64,000 nucleotides of DNA from Bacteroidia bacterium (GCA_965279035.1 OZ257142.1:3808001-3872000), one strand, 5' to 3'. Shown: positions 9,802 through 19,786, numbered from the stretch's first letter. The notes: generated by a model not told the origin, from the letters alone. Numbers and translations: made by a program.

Positions 9802-9927
9802 ATGTGCTGATAAGATGATGTGCTGATAAGATGATGTGCTGGTGTGTTGGTGTGTTGGTGTGTTAGTGTGTTGATTAATCAGCACATTTTCTAACTAGCA
9901 CATCAGCACATTAAATAATTAGCACAT
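9802..9927. repeat. Inverted array of degenerate 8-mer repeats (ATGTGCTG/GTGTGTTG facing CAGCACAT)
   Basis: ATGTGCTGATAAGATG x2 and (GTGTGTTG)n on the left; TCAGCACAT/TAGCACAT x4 on the right. Confidence 0.85.
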
Positions 9928-10724
9928 CAACTATTATCCCCATCCAATAATCCTCCCAATCCACCCAGTAAAGAACCTTCTTCTTTACCACCACGGCCTA
10001 AACCTGGGGCATAACGAAGTACGCGACCGGCAAGTCGACTGAATGGTAAAGATTGAATCCACACTTTTCCGGGACCGGTTAGTTGAGCGAAGAATACGCC
10101 TTCACCACCAAATAAGGTGTTTTTAATACCACCAATAAATTGAATATCGTAATCAACATTTTGGGTGAATGCAACGATACAACCGGTGTCGATACGAAGG
10201 ATTTCGCCAGGTTTAAGTTCACGCTCGATGATGGTTCCGCATGAATGAACGAATGCCCAACCATCGCCTTCCAACTTTTGCATGATGAATCCTTCGCCTC
10301 CAAACAACCCAGTTCCTAATCGTTTTTGAAATTCAATACCGATTGAAACACCACGAGCAGCACATAGAAATGCATCTTTCTGACAAATTACTTTGCCTTG
10401 ATACATGGTTAAATCCAATGGGATGATTTTTCCGGGATACGGTGCGGCAAAGGTCACTTGTTGCTTTCCTTGCCCTACATTAGTATAAACGGTCATGAAT
10501 AAGCTTTCACCCGTTAAAACACGCTTTCCGGCGGTCATTAGTTTACCAAAAAAGCTTTGCTCTTGGGCACGACCATCACCAAAGATGGTTTCCATTTTTA
10601 TGCCTTGGTCCATCATCATGAACGATCCAGCTTCGGCAACAACTGCTTCTTGTGGATCTAATTCAATTTCTACACATTGCATCTCTGAGCCAATGATGCG
10701 GTAATCGATTTCGTGGGAATTCAT
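9927..10724 (-). CDS. TIGR00266 / AIM24 family protein
   Basis: [48 protein letters not shown]. Confidence 0.92.
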   Translation of the reverse strand: MNSHEIDYRIIGSEMQCVEIELDPQEAVVAEAGSFMMMDQGIKMETIFGDGRAQEQSFFGKLMTAGKRVLTGESLFMTVYTNVGQGKQQVTFAAPYPGKIIPLDLTMYQGKVICQKDAFLCAARGVSIGIEFQKRLGTGLFGGEGFIMQKLEGDGWAFVHSCGTIIERELKPGEILRIDTGCIVAFTQNVDYDIQFIGGIKNTLFGGEGVFFAQLTGPGKVWIQSLPFSRLAGRVLRYAPGLGRGGKEEGSLLGGLGGLLDGDNS

Positions 10725-10742
10725 AAACTATAGTTTAAAATG

Positions 10743-10767
10743 AAAAAGGCCGGTAATAAACCGGCCC
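10743..10767 (-). terminator. Terminator after dnaN
   Basis: GGCCGGT / ACCGGCC stem with A5 tract. Confidence 0.6.
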
Positions 10768-10774
10768 TGAAATA

Positions 10775-11899
10775 TTAGTTATTCATCATCACTGGCATCA
10801 CCAGCATGAGTAAATCTTCGTCTTTGTCGCTTGTTTCGGCATCAGGTAATAAGATACCGGCGCGGTTAGGTGCGCTCATGTTTAGGTTGATGCGCTCCGT
10901 TTCTAAATTGCTCAACATTTCGGTGATGAATTTCGAGTTGAATGCAATCTCCATGTCTTCACCTTCGTATTGACACGTCAAGCGCTCCGATGCAGAATTT
11001 GCGTAGTCCGGATCTTCGGCAGTCAATTGCAATTCGCTTCCTTGAATGTTCAATTTTACTTGGTTGGTGCTGCGACTAGAGAAAATCGCTACACGACGAA
11101 TGGACGTCATCAAATCCTGACGAGCCATGGTGAGTTTGTATGGATTTTCTTTCGGAATAACAGCTTCGTAGTTTGGATAACGACCATCAATTAGGCGACA
11201 AACCAAATTGATATGATCGAAAGAGAATGAAGCATTTTTCGCATTGAAACTCACGGCCACATCTCCATCTACATAACCCAATAAGCTTTTTAATAGGTTG
11301 AGTGGTTTTTTAGGAAGGATGAATGAAGCATCTTCAGCAGCTTTTACATCGAGGCGACGATAACGAACCAAACGGTGAGAATCGGTCGCAACCATGGTCA
11401 TGTGATCAGGACCAACTTGCATAAATACACCCGACATCACAGGACGAAGATCGTCGTTTCCTGTAGCGAAAATAGTTTTGTTGATACCACTAAACAAAAT
11501 AGATGCATCTACATTGAAAGTAGCTCCATCTTCAATTTCAGGAATACGCGGAAACTCTTCTGGATCGTGCCCATTGAGTTTGTATTTACCGTATCCTGAA
11601 GCGATCTCGATACCGTAATTATCGCTGTTTATTAAAAAGGTAAGAGGTTGTTCTGGGAAACTTTTTAATGTTTCGAGAAGCATTTTTGCAGGAATAGCAA
11701 CACGTCCTGGCTCAGCAGCATCGGCTTTAAAGGTTGTACTGATGGTATTGTCGAGGTCGGATGCAAACACTTTCAATTCCCCTTCGGAGATTTCAAACAG
11801 GAAATCTTCCAGAATAGGCAAGCTGGTATTTGTGCTTAAAACACCCGAAATTGCCTGTAGTTGCTTGAGAAGCGTACTGCTTGATATGATAAACTTCAT
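10775..11899 (-). CDS. dnaN: DNA polymerase III beta sliding clamp
   Basis: LPILEDFLF, VATDSHRL, RLIDGRYPNYEAVIP, C-terminal LVMPV; 374 aa. Confidence 0.97.
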   Translation of the reverse strand: MKFIISSSTLLKQLQAISGVLSTNTSLPILEDFLFEISEGELKVFASDLDNTISTTFKADAAEPGRVAIPAKMLLETLKSFPEQPLTFLINSDNYGIEIASGYGKYKLNGHDPEEFPRIPEIEDGATFNVDASILFSGINKTIFATGNDDLRPVMSGVFMQVGPDHMTMVATDSHRLVRYRRLDVKAAEDASFILPKKPLNLLKSLLGYVDGDVAVSFNAKNASFSFDHINLVCRLIDGRYPNYEAVIPKENPYKLTMARQDLMTSIRRVAIFSSRSTNQVKLNIQGSELQLTAEDPDYANSASERLTCQYEGEDMEIAFNSKFITEMLSNLETERINLNMSAPNRAGILLPDAETSDKDEDLLMLVMPVMMNN

Positions 11900-11996
11900 T
11901 GCTTTCTTTTTTTAAGGGGCGTAAAGATAGAGGATTGAAAGAAATTCCAACCAAATCAATTTTGCTTCTGAGAAGAAAATATGTTAACCAACAATC

Positions 11997-13010
11997 TTAT
12001 CGTCTTAAAAACCATCCGGCAGGCTTGATAACCTTATCGAATTGATAATATTGTATCAACACAAAGTCTTTCCCATTATTGATCATCCCATACATGCGAT
12101 CGACATCAAAAGGAGGAACTACCTCGCCTTCGGCAACATCCGAAACTAAACTCGAAGGACGACGATAGCCTTTCATCGAATTGACTTGTCCATTTTTATG
12201 GGTAACAGCTACTTCGATAAACGGTGGAGATGCGAGAATTGAATCTTTGATGGTTTTAGAAAAGGTCTCAACCACTTCGAATTCATAGCCAATATTTCGA
12301 AAGCCATTAAGGTATTCGAAAGCACGAAGTGAATCCAAAGCTGGATCGGGTTTGGGATTTCCGGGATGGTAAAACGTGGTAATTTTCCCATCATACTTCA
12401 CTGTAAAACCATCTTGAGGCATTCCGGGATATTTCACCTCAACAGAACGCATATCGCGGTAATCGTAGCGAAAAATGACAGGATCGCGCCACAATCTACC
12501 ATCCGAATTAAAACGTGTTTGGAGAAAGCCTTTGAAACCCGGAATATGAACTTCGTATGGTGAATCGGCACCGTCAATTAACATGTACGTAGCCATTTTA
12601 TCGGGTGTTTCTGCAGCCATAAAAATGACCTTACTCAATTTCCCGTTTTGATAAATCTCCACTTTCTTTTGAGATGGACCGGCAAGATCTTTCAATACTT
12701 TTTGCTCCATCGACTTCGCGACAGGCGTTCTCACCACCATTTTATTAAGCGTTTCAAGTAGCATTTTTATTCCGTCTTTTCGTGCTTCATATTTCCCATC
12801 AACCATCCACACATTTCCACTTTTGCGCTCGAGTAGGGCTTTATGATTGAATTTATCAGCAATGAAGATTCGGTCGATTGAAGCAGTGTCTTCCACCGTA
12901 AAATTCTTTAAATCTCCTCCACGTGTATTATTTCCATTATGAAGAAGCAAATACGTAACAACAGCGGCAAGCAGAATAATCCCAATGAGTAAAAGTCGGT
13001 TCGTTTTCAT
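11997..13010 (-). CDS. Membrane-anchored periplasmic protein (DUF4340-like), cotranscribed with gldFG
   Basis: N-terminal TM helix; VHIPGFKGFL..RF....WRD motif; 7-nt gap after gldG. Confidence 0.7.
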   Translation of the reverse strand: MKTNRLLLIGIILLAAVVTYLLLHNGNNTRGGDLKNFTVEDTASIDRIFIADKFNHKALLERKSGNVWMVDGKYEARKDGIKMLLETLNKMVVRTPVAKSMEQKVLKDLAGPSQKKVEIYQNGKLSKVIFMAAETPDKMATYMLIDGADSPYEVHIPGFKGFLQTRFNSDGRLWRDPVIFRYDYRDMRSVEVKYPGMPQDGFTVKYDGKITTFYHPGNPKPDPALDSLRAFEYLNGFRNIGYEFEVVETFSKTIKDSILASPPFIEVAVTHKNGQVNSMKGYRRPSSLVSDVAEGEVVPPFDVDRMYGMINNGKDFVLIQYYQFDKVIKPAGWFLRR

Positions 13011-13017
13011 GAGATGA

Positions 13018-14766
13018 CTATTTTCTACTGAATTTACGTTTACGCAAAAACGTTAATAAAGCACCAGCTAATAATATAAGTATGATAGGCACTACCACGT
13101 TTTTTACTTGAATAGCAGTGCGTGAAGACTTCACTTGAGTTTCGTCGAGTAAACGCAATTTAACTTCTCTCGAACGAACCGAAATCAATCCAGAATCATC
13201 GCAGAGGTAATTCACACAATTCAACAAGAAATCTTTATTGCCAAAAAGCTCACCTGTATAACGATCATAACCTAAAGGTGCCATGCTGCCTGTTGCCCTT
13301 GAATAGCTGTTTTTGATCACATCGCCATCTCCAACTACAATCATCGCCGTTGGTTTTATACCCGATTCGAGGAAGCCAATTTTGTCGGAATTACGAATTT
13401 GTGGTGACATCCGATGGCGGAAGTTCGAGGTAAATGTTCCTTCGAGCAAAACAGCGAAAGGCAAACCTGAACTTGAATATTGTCGTGGATCGGGCGTTTC
13501 GCGTAGAATATTCAGTGAGATTCTTGCTGGAGTAGTTAAAATCCGTGATCGTTTTGAACTAGCGAGCAGAATTGTTTTCTTGATATCGGGTGCGCCAACA
13601 GTATCAACCGTACTCACAAATTCAAAACGAGTAGCATTGAGATTATTCACCACCGGATGATTGCTTGAAGGCAAACTCAAAGGAAAAAATGGCCAACGTT
13701 TCGGAATAAATCGTGGTTGATTTCCCATCATCCCTGCAACAACCGGAATGACTGAAGCACGCAAATCGGCCACTAAATCGGGATTGACACGCGCGCCATA
13801 GATGAACAATTGATCATCTAAATTGAGATCGATTGGGTAGACGAATTTGTTACTGTAAACGGTTAAGCTGTCCATCGATGCATCCACCTTATTGAGTAGC
13901 CAAAGCACTTTGCCACCTCGCATTATGTATTGATCGATGATGAATTTATCCTTTTCACTAAAAGCCGAATCGGGGCTAGCAATGATGATGGCTTTATAAC
14001 GCGGAATAAATTTAACGGTATCGTTTTTCTCCGTCCGTAGAACAAGACTTGTGAGATTGCTATCAAGGCGTTTGCGCTCAACAGCATAATATTCTTCCAA
14101 GGAAATTGTAAGGTCTTTAGTATCGAGTGAATCGAGTTCGCCATGACCTTCGATAAAGCAAATACGAGGTTTGATGACAGTTCCCAGTTTGCGAATGGTA
14201 TTGGTCATTTCGTATTCCAAATCGTTCACCGAACGGGTGATAAGTTCTTCTTCGTTCGCATAGGTTTGGCTACGCAATAATTGCAAAGGAAGTGCTCGCC
14301 CTTTGAATGTGATGATAGCACCTGGCCAGATAAGCGTTTGAGAAACTCCAGATGCTTTTTGTTCAACCGGATTGGTGTATGTTAAACCTGCTTCAAGCAA
14401 TTGCTGGTAGATGGCTTTTCGTTCTTTTTCGTTCTCACTTTCCGAAGGATTGATGAATTCGTATTCTACAAAAGAGGAATATGCGCGAAATTCATCCAGT
14501 AATTCTTTGGTTGAGTTCCGAAGCTTCTTGTAGTTTGCAGGAAGATCGCCTTCGAGATACACCTTGATGTAAACGTAATCATCAAGATTTTCGAGAAGAG
14601 AAATGGTTGCATCACTCAAGGAATATCGCCGTTCGGAGGTTAAATCGAATCGTGTGAATTTAAAAGAAGCAGCAAGGTTTGCAAGTATTAGCAATACTAT
14701 GAGCAACACCAGATTCAATATGGCGCTCCTTTTCAAACGGGATGTGGAAGAGGGTTTATTCGCCAT
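13018..14766 (-). CDS. gldG: Gliding motility ABC transporter auxiliary/substrate-binding protein GldG
   Basis: RFDLTSERRYSLS, VYLEGDLP, FIEGHGEL, DQYIMRGGK, GNKDFLLNCVNYL; ATG 14766 lies just after the gldF stop. Confidence 0.95.
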   Translation of the reverse strand: MANKPSSTSRLKRSAILNLVLLIVLLILANLAASFKFTRFDLTSERRYSLSDATISLLENLDDYVYIKVYLEGDLPANYKKLRNSTKELLDEFRAYSSFVEYEFINPSESENEKERKAIYQQLLEAGLTYTNPVEQKASGVSQTLIWPGAIITFKGRALPLQLLRSQTYANEEELITRSVNDLEYEMTNTIRKLGTVIKPRICFIEGHGELDSLDTKDLTISLEEYYAVERKRLDSNLTSLVLRTEKNDTVKFIPRYKAIIIASPDSAFSEKDKFIIDQYIMRGGKVLWLLNKVDASMDSLTVYSNKFVYPIDLNLDDQLFIYGARVNPDLVADLRASVIPVVAGMMGNQPRFIPKRWPFFPLSLPSSNHPVVNNLNATRFEFVSTVDTVGAPDIKKTILLASSKRSRILTTPARISLNILRETPDPRQYSSSGLPFAVLLEGTFTSNFRHRMSPQIRNSDKIGFLESGIKPTAMIVVGDGDVIKNSYSRATGSMAPLGYDRYTGELFGNKDFLLNCVNYLCDDSGLISVRSREVKLRLLDETQVKSSRTAIQVKNVVVPIILILLAGALLTFLRKRKFSRK

Positions 14767-14768
14767 AA

Positions 14769-15500
14769 TTACCAAGTGCGACTAAGCAGTCGAAAGCGTG
14801 TAAGTGCTAGAAAAAATACAGTGAACGAAATGAAATAGACTAAGTCGCGACTGTCGATTACACCTCGACTCATGGAACCAAAATGGTCGTTAATTCCAAG
14901 TTTGATGATGAGTTGATCGATTGGGTGAAAAAGTTCCATGGAGGCAATCGAGTCAAATCCAGCATAGAAAAAGAAACAGAGAAAGAATCCAATCAGGAAA
15001 GAAACGATTTGATTTTCGGTGAGAGAAGAAGCGAACAATCCAATGGAAACGAATGAACCACCTAAGAAAATCAATCCAAGATAGGAGCCCCACGTTCCAC
15101 CGGAATCGATGTTCCCAACTGGATTTCCGAGTGATTTTATGCTGAAATAATAGACGATTGTAGGCAATACGGAGAAAATCACCAAAAGCAAACCAGCGAA
15201 ATACTTTGCAGTAATGATTTGCCATTCGCTGAGAGGTCGAGTGAGCAATAATTCGATTGTTCCTGTACGTTGCTCTTCGGCGAAGGAACGCATAGTAATG
15301 GCTGGGATGAGAAACATAAACACCCAAGGAGCGATGACGAATAAACTTTCAAGCGAAGCAAAGCCGGCGTCGAGAATGTTAAAGTTCCCCGGAAATACCC
15401 AGAGAAAAAGTCCAATGGCCAGCAAGAAAATCGTAATAACGCTGTACCCGATGATTGATGTGAGGAAACTGCTGATCTCCTTTCGCAATAGTGCTATCAT
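14769..15500 (-). CDS. gldF: Gliding motility ABC transporter permease GldF
   Basis: PWVFMFLIPAITMRSFAEEQRTGTIELLLTRP, ENQIVSF, SRGVIDSRDLVYF. Confidence 0.95.
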   Translation of the reverse strand: MIALLRKEISSFLTSIIGYSVITIFLLAIGLFLWVFPGNFNILDAGFASLESLFVIAPWVFMFLIPAITMRSFAEEQRTGTIELLLTRPLSEWQIITAKYFAGLLLVIFSVLPTIVYYFSIKSLGNPVGNIDSGGTWGSYLGLIFLGGSFVSIGLFASSLTENQIVSFLIGFFLCFFFYAGFDSIASMELFHPIDQLIIKLGINDHFGSMSRGVIDSRDLVYFISFTVFFLALTRFRLLSRTW

Positions 15501-15529
15501 TCGAAAGCCCGTGTTTTAGCAGGGACGCG

Positions 15530-15537
15530 CAAAAATA
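15530..15537 (-). promoter_or_regulatory. -7 box (TATTTTTG) for gldF
   Basis: TAnnTTTG 30 nt upstream of the ATG. Confidence 0.65.
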
Positions 15538-15677
15538 CACCTTTTTAATTCTGAGCAACACGAACAGAAAATGTCGCTTGTCGGAAATCTCCCTTCGAAC
15601 AATCGCATAGCATAGTAACACAAAACTCATTAGCAATTTAATAATAGGGTATTATCCTACCTCGTCTTACCTTTTTT

Positions 15678-16110
15678 CCCCGGAATGAATTCCGGGGTTG
15701 CCTGGAATAATTATTCAAACATCATATTATCAAATCAAAAAAAATGTCACATCTCCCGATAACTATCGGGATAACCAGCACGCTTCGACAGGCTCAGCGC
15801 GCGGGCTTTTGGGAGAGGAACCCTGCTCCCTGAGCTTGTCGAAAGGAGCACATTAACAAATCATCGACAGGCTCAGCGCGCGGGTTTTTGGGAGAGGAAC
15901 CCTGCTCCCTGAGCTTGTCGAAAGGAGCACATTAACAAATCATCGACAGGTTCAGCGCGCGAGCTTTTGGGAGAGAAAACCTGCTCCCTGAGTTTGTCGA
16001 AGGGAGCACATTACCGGAATGAATTCCGGGGATGCCAGAAGGAATCAATCAAACATCATATTATCATTTCAAAAAAATAACACATCATCTAACCAGCACA
16101 CCAGCACATC
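15678..16110. repeat. Composite REP-like cluster: 3 x 79-bp tandem hairpin units flanked by ~70-bp imperfect direct repeats
   Basis: Units start at 15785, 15864 and 15943 (TCGACAGGCTCAG...CTGAGCTTGTCGAA). Flanks begin CCGGAATGAATTCCGGGG (15680, 16014) and share CAAACATCATATTATCA. Extra palindrome TCCCGATAACTATCGGGA at 15754-15771. Confidence 0.92.
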
Positions 16111-16113
16111 AAT

Positions 16114-16121
16114 TACCTTTG
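16114..16121 (+). promoter_or_regulatory. -7 box (TACCTTTG) for the MBL-rhodanese operon
   Basis: TAnnTTTG 18 nt before ATG 16140. Confidence 0.7.
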
Positions 16122-16139
16122 CTGCCTCAAAAAACAACC

Positions 16140-17468
16140 ATGATTATTGAACAACTATACGATAAAGGGCTTGCGCATGGCTCATATATTATAATTAGTG
16201 AAGGTCAAGCTGCGGTAATTGATCCGGCGCGTGATCCTCAGCCCTATTATGATTTTGTTGAGAAGCATCAGGCAAAGATTGTAGCTGTAATAGAAACACA
16301 TCCTCATGCCGATTTTGTTTCGAGTCACCACGAAATAGCTCAAAAAACGGGAGCAACAATTTATGTAAGTAAGCTACTAGGAGCAGATTATCCACATCGT
16401 GCTTTTGATGATGGTGATGAAATTTCATTGGGAAATACACGTCTTCAGGCAATGAATACACCTGGACATTCGCCCGATAGTATTTGTGTGTTACTGAAAG
16501 ATGAACAAGGGAAAGATCATTCTTTATTTTCTGGCGATACCTTATTTGTGGGTGATGTAGGACGACCTGATTTGCGTGAGTCGGTAGGAAACGTGACAGC
16601 CCAACGCGAAGAATTAGCAAAAGCAATGTTTCATTCGGTGCAAGACAAACTCAAGAAACTTCACGAAGAAGTATTGGTATATCCAGCTCATGGAGCAGGT
16701 TCCTTGTGTGGGAAAAATTTGAGTAGCGATTTATCGAGCAGCATTGGAAGAGAATTGAAAACGAATTATGCATTTCAGATTTCGGATGAATCGGAATTTG
16801 TAAAAGCCTTGATTCAAGATCAACCTTTTGTACCGAAATATTTTGGATACGATGTGAATTTGAATAAAAAAGGTGCAAGTGCATTTGAAGCAAGTATCGC
16901 TGCTGTTCCAAGAATAGCGGCCGATTCAGTTTTAGAGAAAGGTGTATTAGTTATCGATACACGTCCGCAGACAGCTTTCCGAAATGGACATTTGCATGGT
17001 AGTATTAATTTGATGGATGGAGGAAAATTTGAGACTTGGTTGGGGTCTTTAGTTGGACCAGAAGAGCAATTTTATCTCATTGCAGAAAGTCCAGAAAAGA
17101 TTGAAATTCTCATTCGTAAGGCAGCTAAAATCGGATATGAAACACGCATCAAAGGTGCATTAACTACACCTCCTCAATTGATTGAAACATTGGAGGAGGT
17201 TGATGTAGATGATGTTCGAACGATGAGTGATGCTTATACAATTGTTGACATTCGGAATACAGGCGAAACAGCAACGCGTCGTATTTTTCCAGGAGCGCTA
17301 GAAATTCCACTCCCAGAATTACGGGAGCGTTTAGCGGAAATCCCTTCAGATAAACCCATTTTGGTTCATTGTGCAGCTGGTTATCGTTCGGCTGCTGGGG
17401 CAAGCATTATTCAACCTTATGTGAATGTTCCTGTGTACGATTTGGGTGAAGCCATTTTGACTTTTTAA
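16140..17468 (+). CDS. MBL-fold hydrolase / persulfide dioxygenase with two rhodanese domains (CstB/Blh-like)
   Basis: ETHPHADFVS, TPGHSPD, FSGDTLFVGDVGRPDL, YPAHGAGSLCG, C-terminal HCAAGYRS; start moved from 16032 (inside repeats) to 16140. Confidence 0.9.
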   Translation: MIIEQLYDKGLAHGSYIIISEGQAAVIDPARDPQPYYDFVEKHQAKIVAVIETHPHADFVSSHHEIAQKTGATIYVSKLLGADYPHRAFDDGDEISLGNTRLQAMNTPGHSPDSICVLLKDEQGKDHSLFSGDTLFVGDVGRPDLRESVGNVTAQREELAKAMFHSVQDKLKKLHEEVLVYPAHGAGSLCGKNLSSDLSSSIGRELKTNYAFQISDESEFVKALIQDQPFVPKYFGYDVNLNKKGASAFEASIAAVPRIAADSVLEKGVLVIDTRPQTAFRNGHLHGSINLMDGGKFETWLGSLVGPEEQFYLIAESPEKIEILIRKAAKIGYETRIKGALTTPPQLIETLEEVDVDDVRTMSDAYTIVDIRNTGETATRRIFPGALEIPLPELRERLAEIPSDKPILVHCAAGYRSAAGASIIQPYVNVPVYDLGEAILTF

Positions 17469-17477
17469 TTTTAGCTG

Positions 17478-17900
17478 ATGAAAAACATCTTTTTAATTCT
17501 TTCGATTTTAGTGGCAATTCCTGCTATTGCTCAGAAAAAAGGAAGGCTCGAAAAGCTTGATCCGAAAGCATTTCAGGTAAAGACGGTTCATTTAAAAGGG
17601 ACAATACTTGATGTTCGCAACAAGGATGAATTTGGAGCAGAGCATTTAAAATCTGCAAAAAACCTCGATTGGGATTCGAAAGAATTCAAGGAGATAGCGA
17701 AGAAGTTGCCTCATTATGAGCCGGTATTTTTGTATTGTCAAGGCGGATATCGCAGCAATTTAGCGGCTGAATGGTTTTTGGAAGAAGGATTTTCTACTGT
17801 TATTGTTTTAGATAACGGCATTGATGCTTGGAAAGATGCCGGATTACCTGTTGAAGGTGATGCTTTACCGGGAAAAAAATCGAATAGTTCTTACGAATAA
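17478..17900 (+). CDS. Exported rhodanese-like domain protein
   Basis: Signal peptide; ILDVR..EF...HL..A; LYCQGGYRS; GIDAW. Confidence 0.88.
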   Translation: MKNIFLILSILVAIPAIAQKKGRLEKLDPKAFQVKTVHLKGTILDVRNKDEFGAEHLKSAKNLDWDSKEFKEIAKKLPHYEPVFLYCQGGYRSNLAAEWFLEEGFSTVIVLDNGIDAWKDAGLPVEGDALPGKKSNSSYE

Positions 17901-18007
17901 ACTCGAGTCATTTTTTGTTCAAGAAAAATGAAGAATGTGCATTCTGAAAAGAGGTTTCGGTTTGCTTTTCTGATTCATAAAAAACGAATGATCAAACTGA
18001 CTTGAAA

Positions 18008-18113
18008 GCAGCAGCGATAGAGCGAAAAGCCCGCATTGTTCGCCGAAGCTTGAGCGAAGGGGAACAAGAGGTTCCGATAGCTATCGGAATTAGCGAAAGC
18101 GAGGGCGCTGTCC
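18008..18113 (+). ncRNA. Flavo-1-like structured RNA element, copy A
   Basis: GCAGC-AGCGAT..GAAAAGCCC...GAGG...GAAAGCGA..GCTGTCC; same scaffold as 21681, 32214 and 59595; carries palindrome TTCCGATAGCTATCGGAA. Family name recalled, not searched. Confidence 0.55.
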
Positions 18114-18126
18114 AAATTATTTAAAT

Positions 18127-18164
18127 AAAAAATCCCCCGCTAATTCTTAATTAACGGGGGATTT
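18127..18164. terminator. Bidirectional terminator between convergent genes
   Basis: AAATCCCCCG.TAA / TTAACGGGGGATTT with A/T tracts on both sides. Confidence 0.75.
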
Positions 18165-18178
18165 ATTTTAGCTATGAA

Positions 18179-19786
18179 TTAATTAGCTGGAACAGGCTCC
18201 AACCACACTTTTAATCCTTTTTGGTTGTAGTCGTAAAGCAACATATAACCAGGCTTGAACGAAGTGATGTTCTTGTATAGTTTATATGTATCGCTGCTGT
18301 TGCTGTCGGAGTTGAAGGAGTATTGTCCACTTCCTGTTGCTTTTGCAAATTTGCCCAATTTATTGAGGTTTTCAGATACCCAACGATCCATGTCGATGCT
18401 CGGAATTCCTTCGGTGCTTTTTGCACCAACTGGGAGGAAATACGCTTTGCTCTTAAATCCATCATCGTTACGATAAACAATAATTTGCTTCCCGTTATTC
18501 TCGATCAATTCTTTGTAGCAGAAAAATCCTCTTCCGTACATGTATTGTGCAATGGCAAGACCTTTTTCGCTCGCAATTTTACCGCTTACTTTGGCTTCTT
18601 TGTTTTGTTTAGCAACGACTTCGATGCCGCTTAATTTACCACTTGCATCGAAATTGAAGAACACAAAATCCAATACGGTAAATCCGATTTCAGGACCGGT
18701 TGCAGTTGATGAAGAAGAACTTCCGCCACCTAATAAAGCACCAGCGCCAGAGCCCGTCATACTTGAGTTATTGGCTTTTTTGAATTGCTCACAAATAACC
18801 ATGTAGCTTCCATCAGTTTTCTTGATTACATCTTCTACCATGATTTTGGTTTTTCCACCTAATAATGCCGATGAAAACTCACCTGAAATCTGGTCTTTCA
18901 TGCTGTCCCAAGTTTTCTTTGTAAACTGATTCACTTTGCCATCTGTACTAATGATTGCGAAGAATAAACCATCGGAATTTTTATCATCGTACTTGCTGTT
19001 TTTAAAGTACATTCCACCCGTTGCTACTTCACCATTGGCTGTAACACGAATAAATGCAGGAGCACCACCATCTTCACCGTTGGTTAAATCGGTTGAGTAC
19101 AATTGTTCACCATCTTCTACATTAAAACACTGAACAGAATACACGTAATTATCGGAAGAACGACTTGGATTTTGCTCTCGTAGCAAATACAATTTACCAT
19201 TGCTCACTTTCGAATCCTGAGCTTTCCAAATACCATCTTCAGGGATGTGTGATTTGGTCCATTTAGAGTTCAAATCTTTGTCTAAACGTTCGATATCAAA
19301 ACCAAATTTCTTCTCTTTCATTGGACGAAGTAGAATGAATTCTTCATCATTCAAAACGTGGATAATTGGGAAGTTTTCTTCTGTCAATAAAGCGCGACGA
19401 ACATCTTCTTCTACTTTTTTCTGAATCACATTTCCGGCAGCATCCAAAGTAACCATGGTGCGATTCTTTTTCAAAGCATCCACGAAAATGAAAAGAAAGT
19501 ACTTGCCTGTAAATGCAGAAGATGCGAGTTCTGAGAATTTACTTATTTCAACTTCAGTAGTTTTGATTTCTTTTAATTCTTTGTCGTACAGCTTAAGCAC
19601 GAAGCTAGCCATACCTTTTGTTTCGGTTTTTTCGCCAAACCAAGTGGTAAATACGATTTCGCCATTGATAGATTTTACACCCGAAAAGCCTCGCGCACCG
19701 GGTGATTCAATTGTGATTTCTTGAGCAGAGAGAATTCCTGTAAAAGCTACCAGAAGTACTAAACAGGCAAGGATTTGTTTTTTCAT
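18179..19786 (-). CDS. Exported beta-rich hypothetical protein (DUF6770-like)
   Basis: Signal peptide from ATG 19786 (MKKQILACLVLL...); beta-propeller-like repeats; family assignment tentative. Confidence 0.7.
   Translation of the reverse strand: MKKQILACLVLLVAFTGILSAQEITIESPGARGFSGVKSINGEIVFTTWFGEKTETKGMASFVLKLYDKELKEIKTTEVEISKFSELASSAFTGKYFLFIFVDALKKNRTMVTLDAAGNVIQKKVEEDVRRALLTEENFPIIHVLNDEEFILLRPMKEKKFGFDIERLDKDLNSKWTKSHIPEDGIWKAQDSKVSNGKLYLLREQNPSRSSDNYVYSVQCFNVEDGEQLYSTDLTNGEDGGAPAFIRVTANGEVATGGMYFKNSKYDDKNSDGLFFAIISTDGKVNQFTKKTWDSMKDQISGEFSSALLGGKTKIMVEDVIKKTDGSYMVICEQFKKANNSSMTGSGAGALLGGGSSSSSTATGPEIGFTVLDFVFFNFDASGKLSGIEVVAKQNKEAKVSGKIASEKGLAIAQYMYGRGFFCYKELIENNGKQIIVYRNDDGFKSKAYFLPVGAKSTEGIPSIDMDRWVSENLNKLGKFAKATGSGQYSFNSDSNSSDTYKLYKNITSFKPGYMLLYDYNQKGLKVWLEPVPAN

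Noticed and set aside
15785-16012. CRISPR array (79-bp period)
   Set aside because: The whole unit is repeated; there are no variable spacers
16032-16139. N-terminal extension of the MBL protein
   Set aside because: Runs through repeats and the -7 promoter box; the family-like sequence starts at ATG 16140
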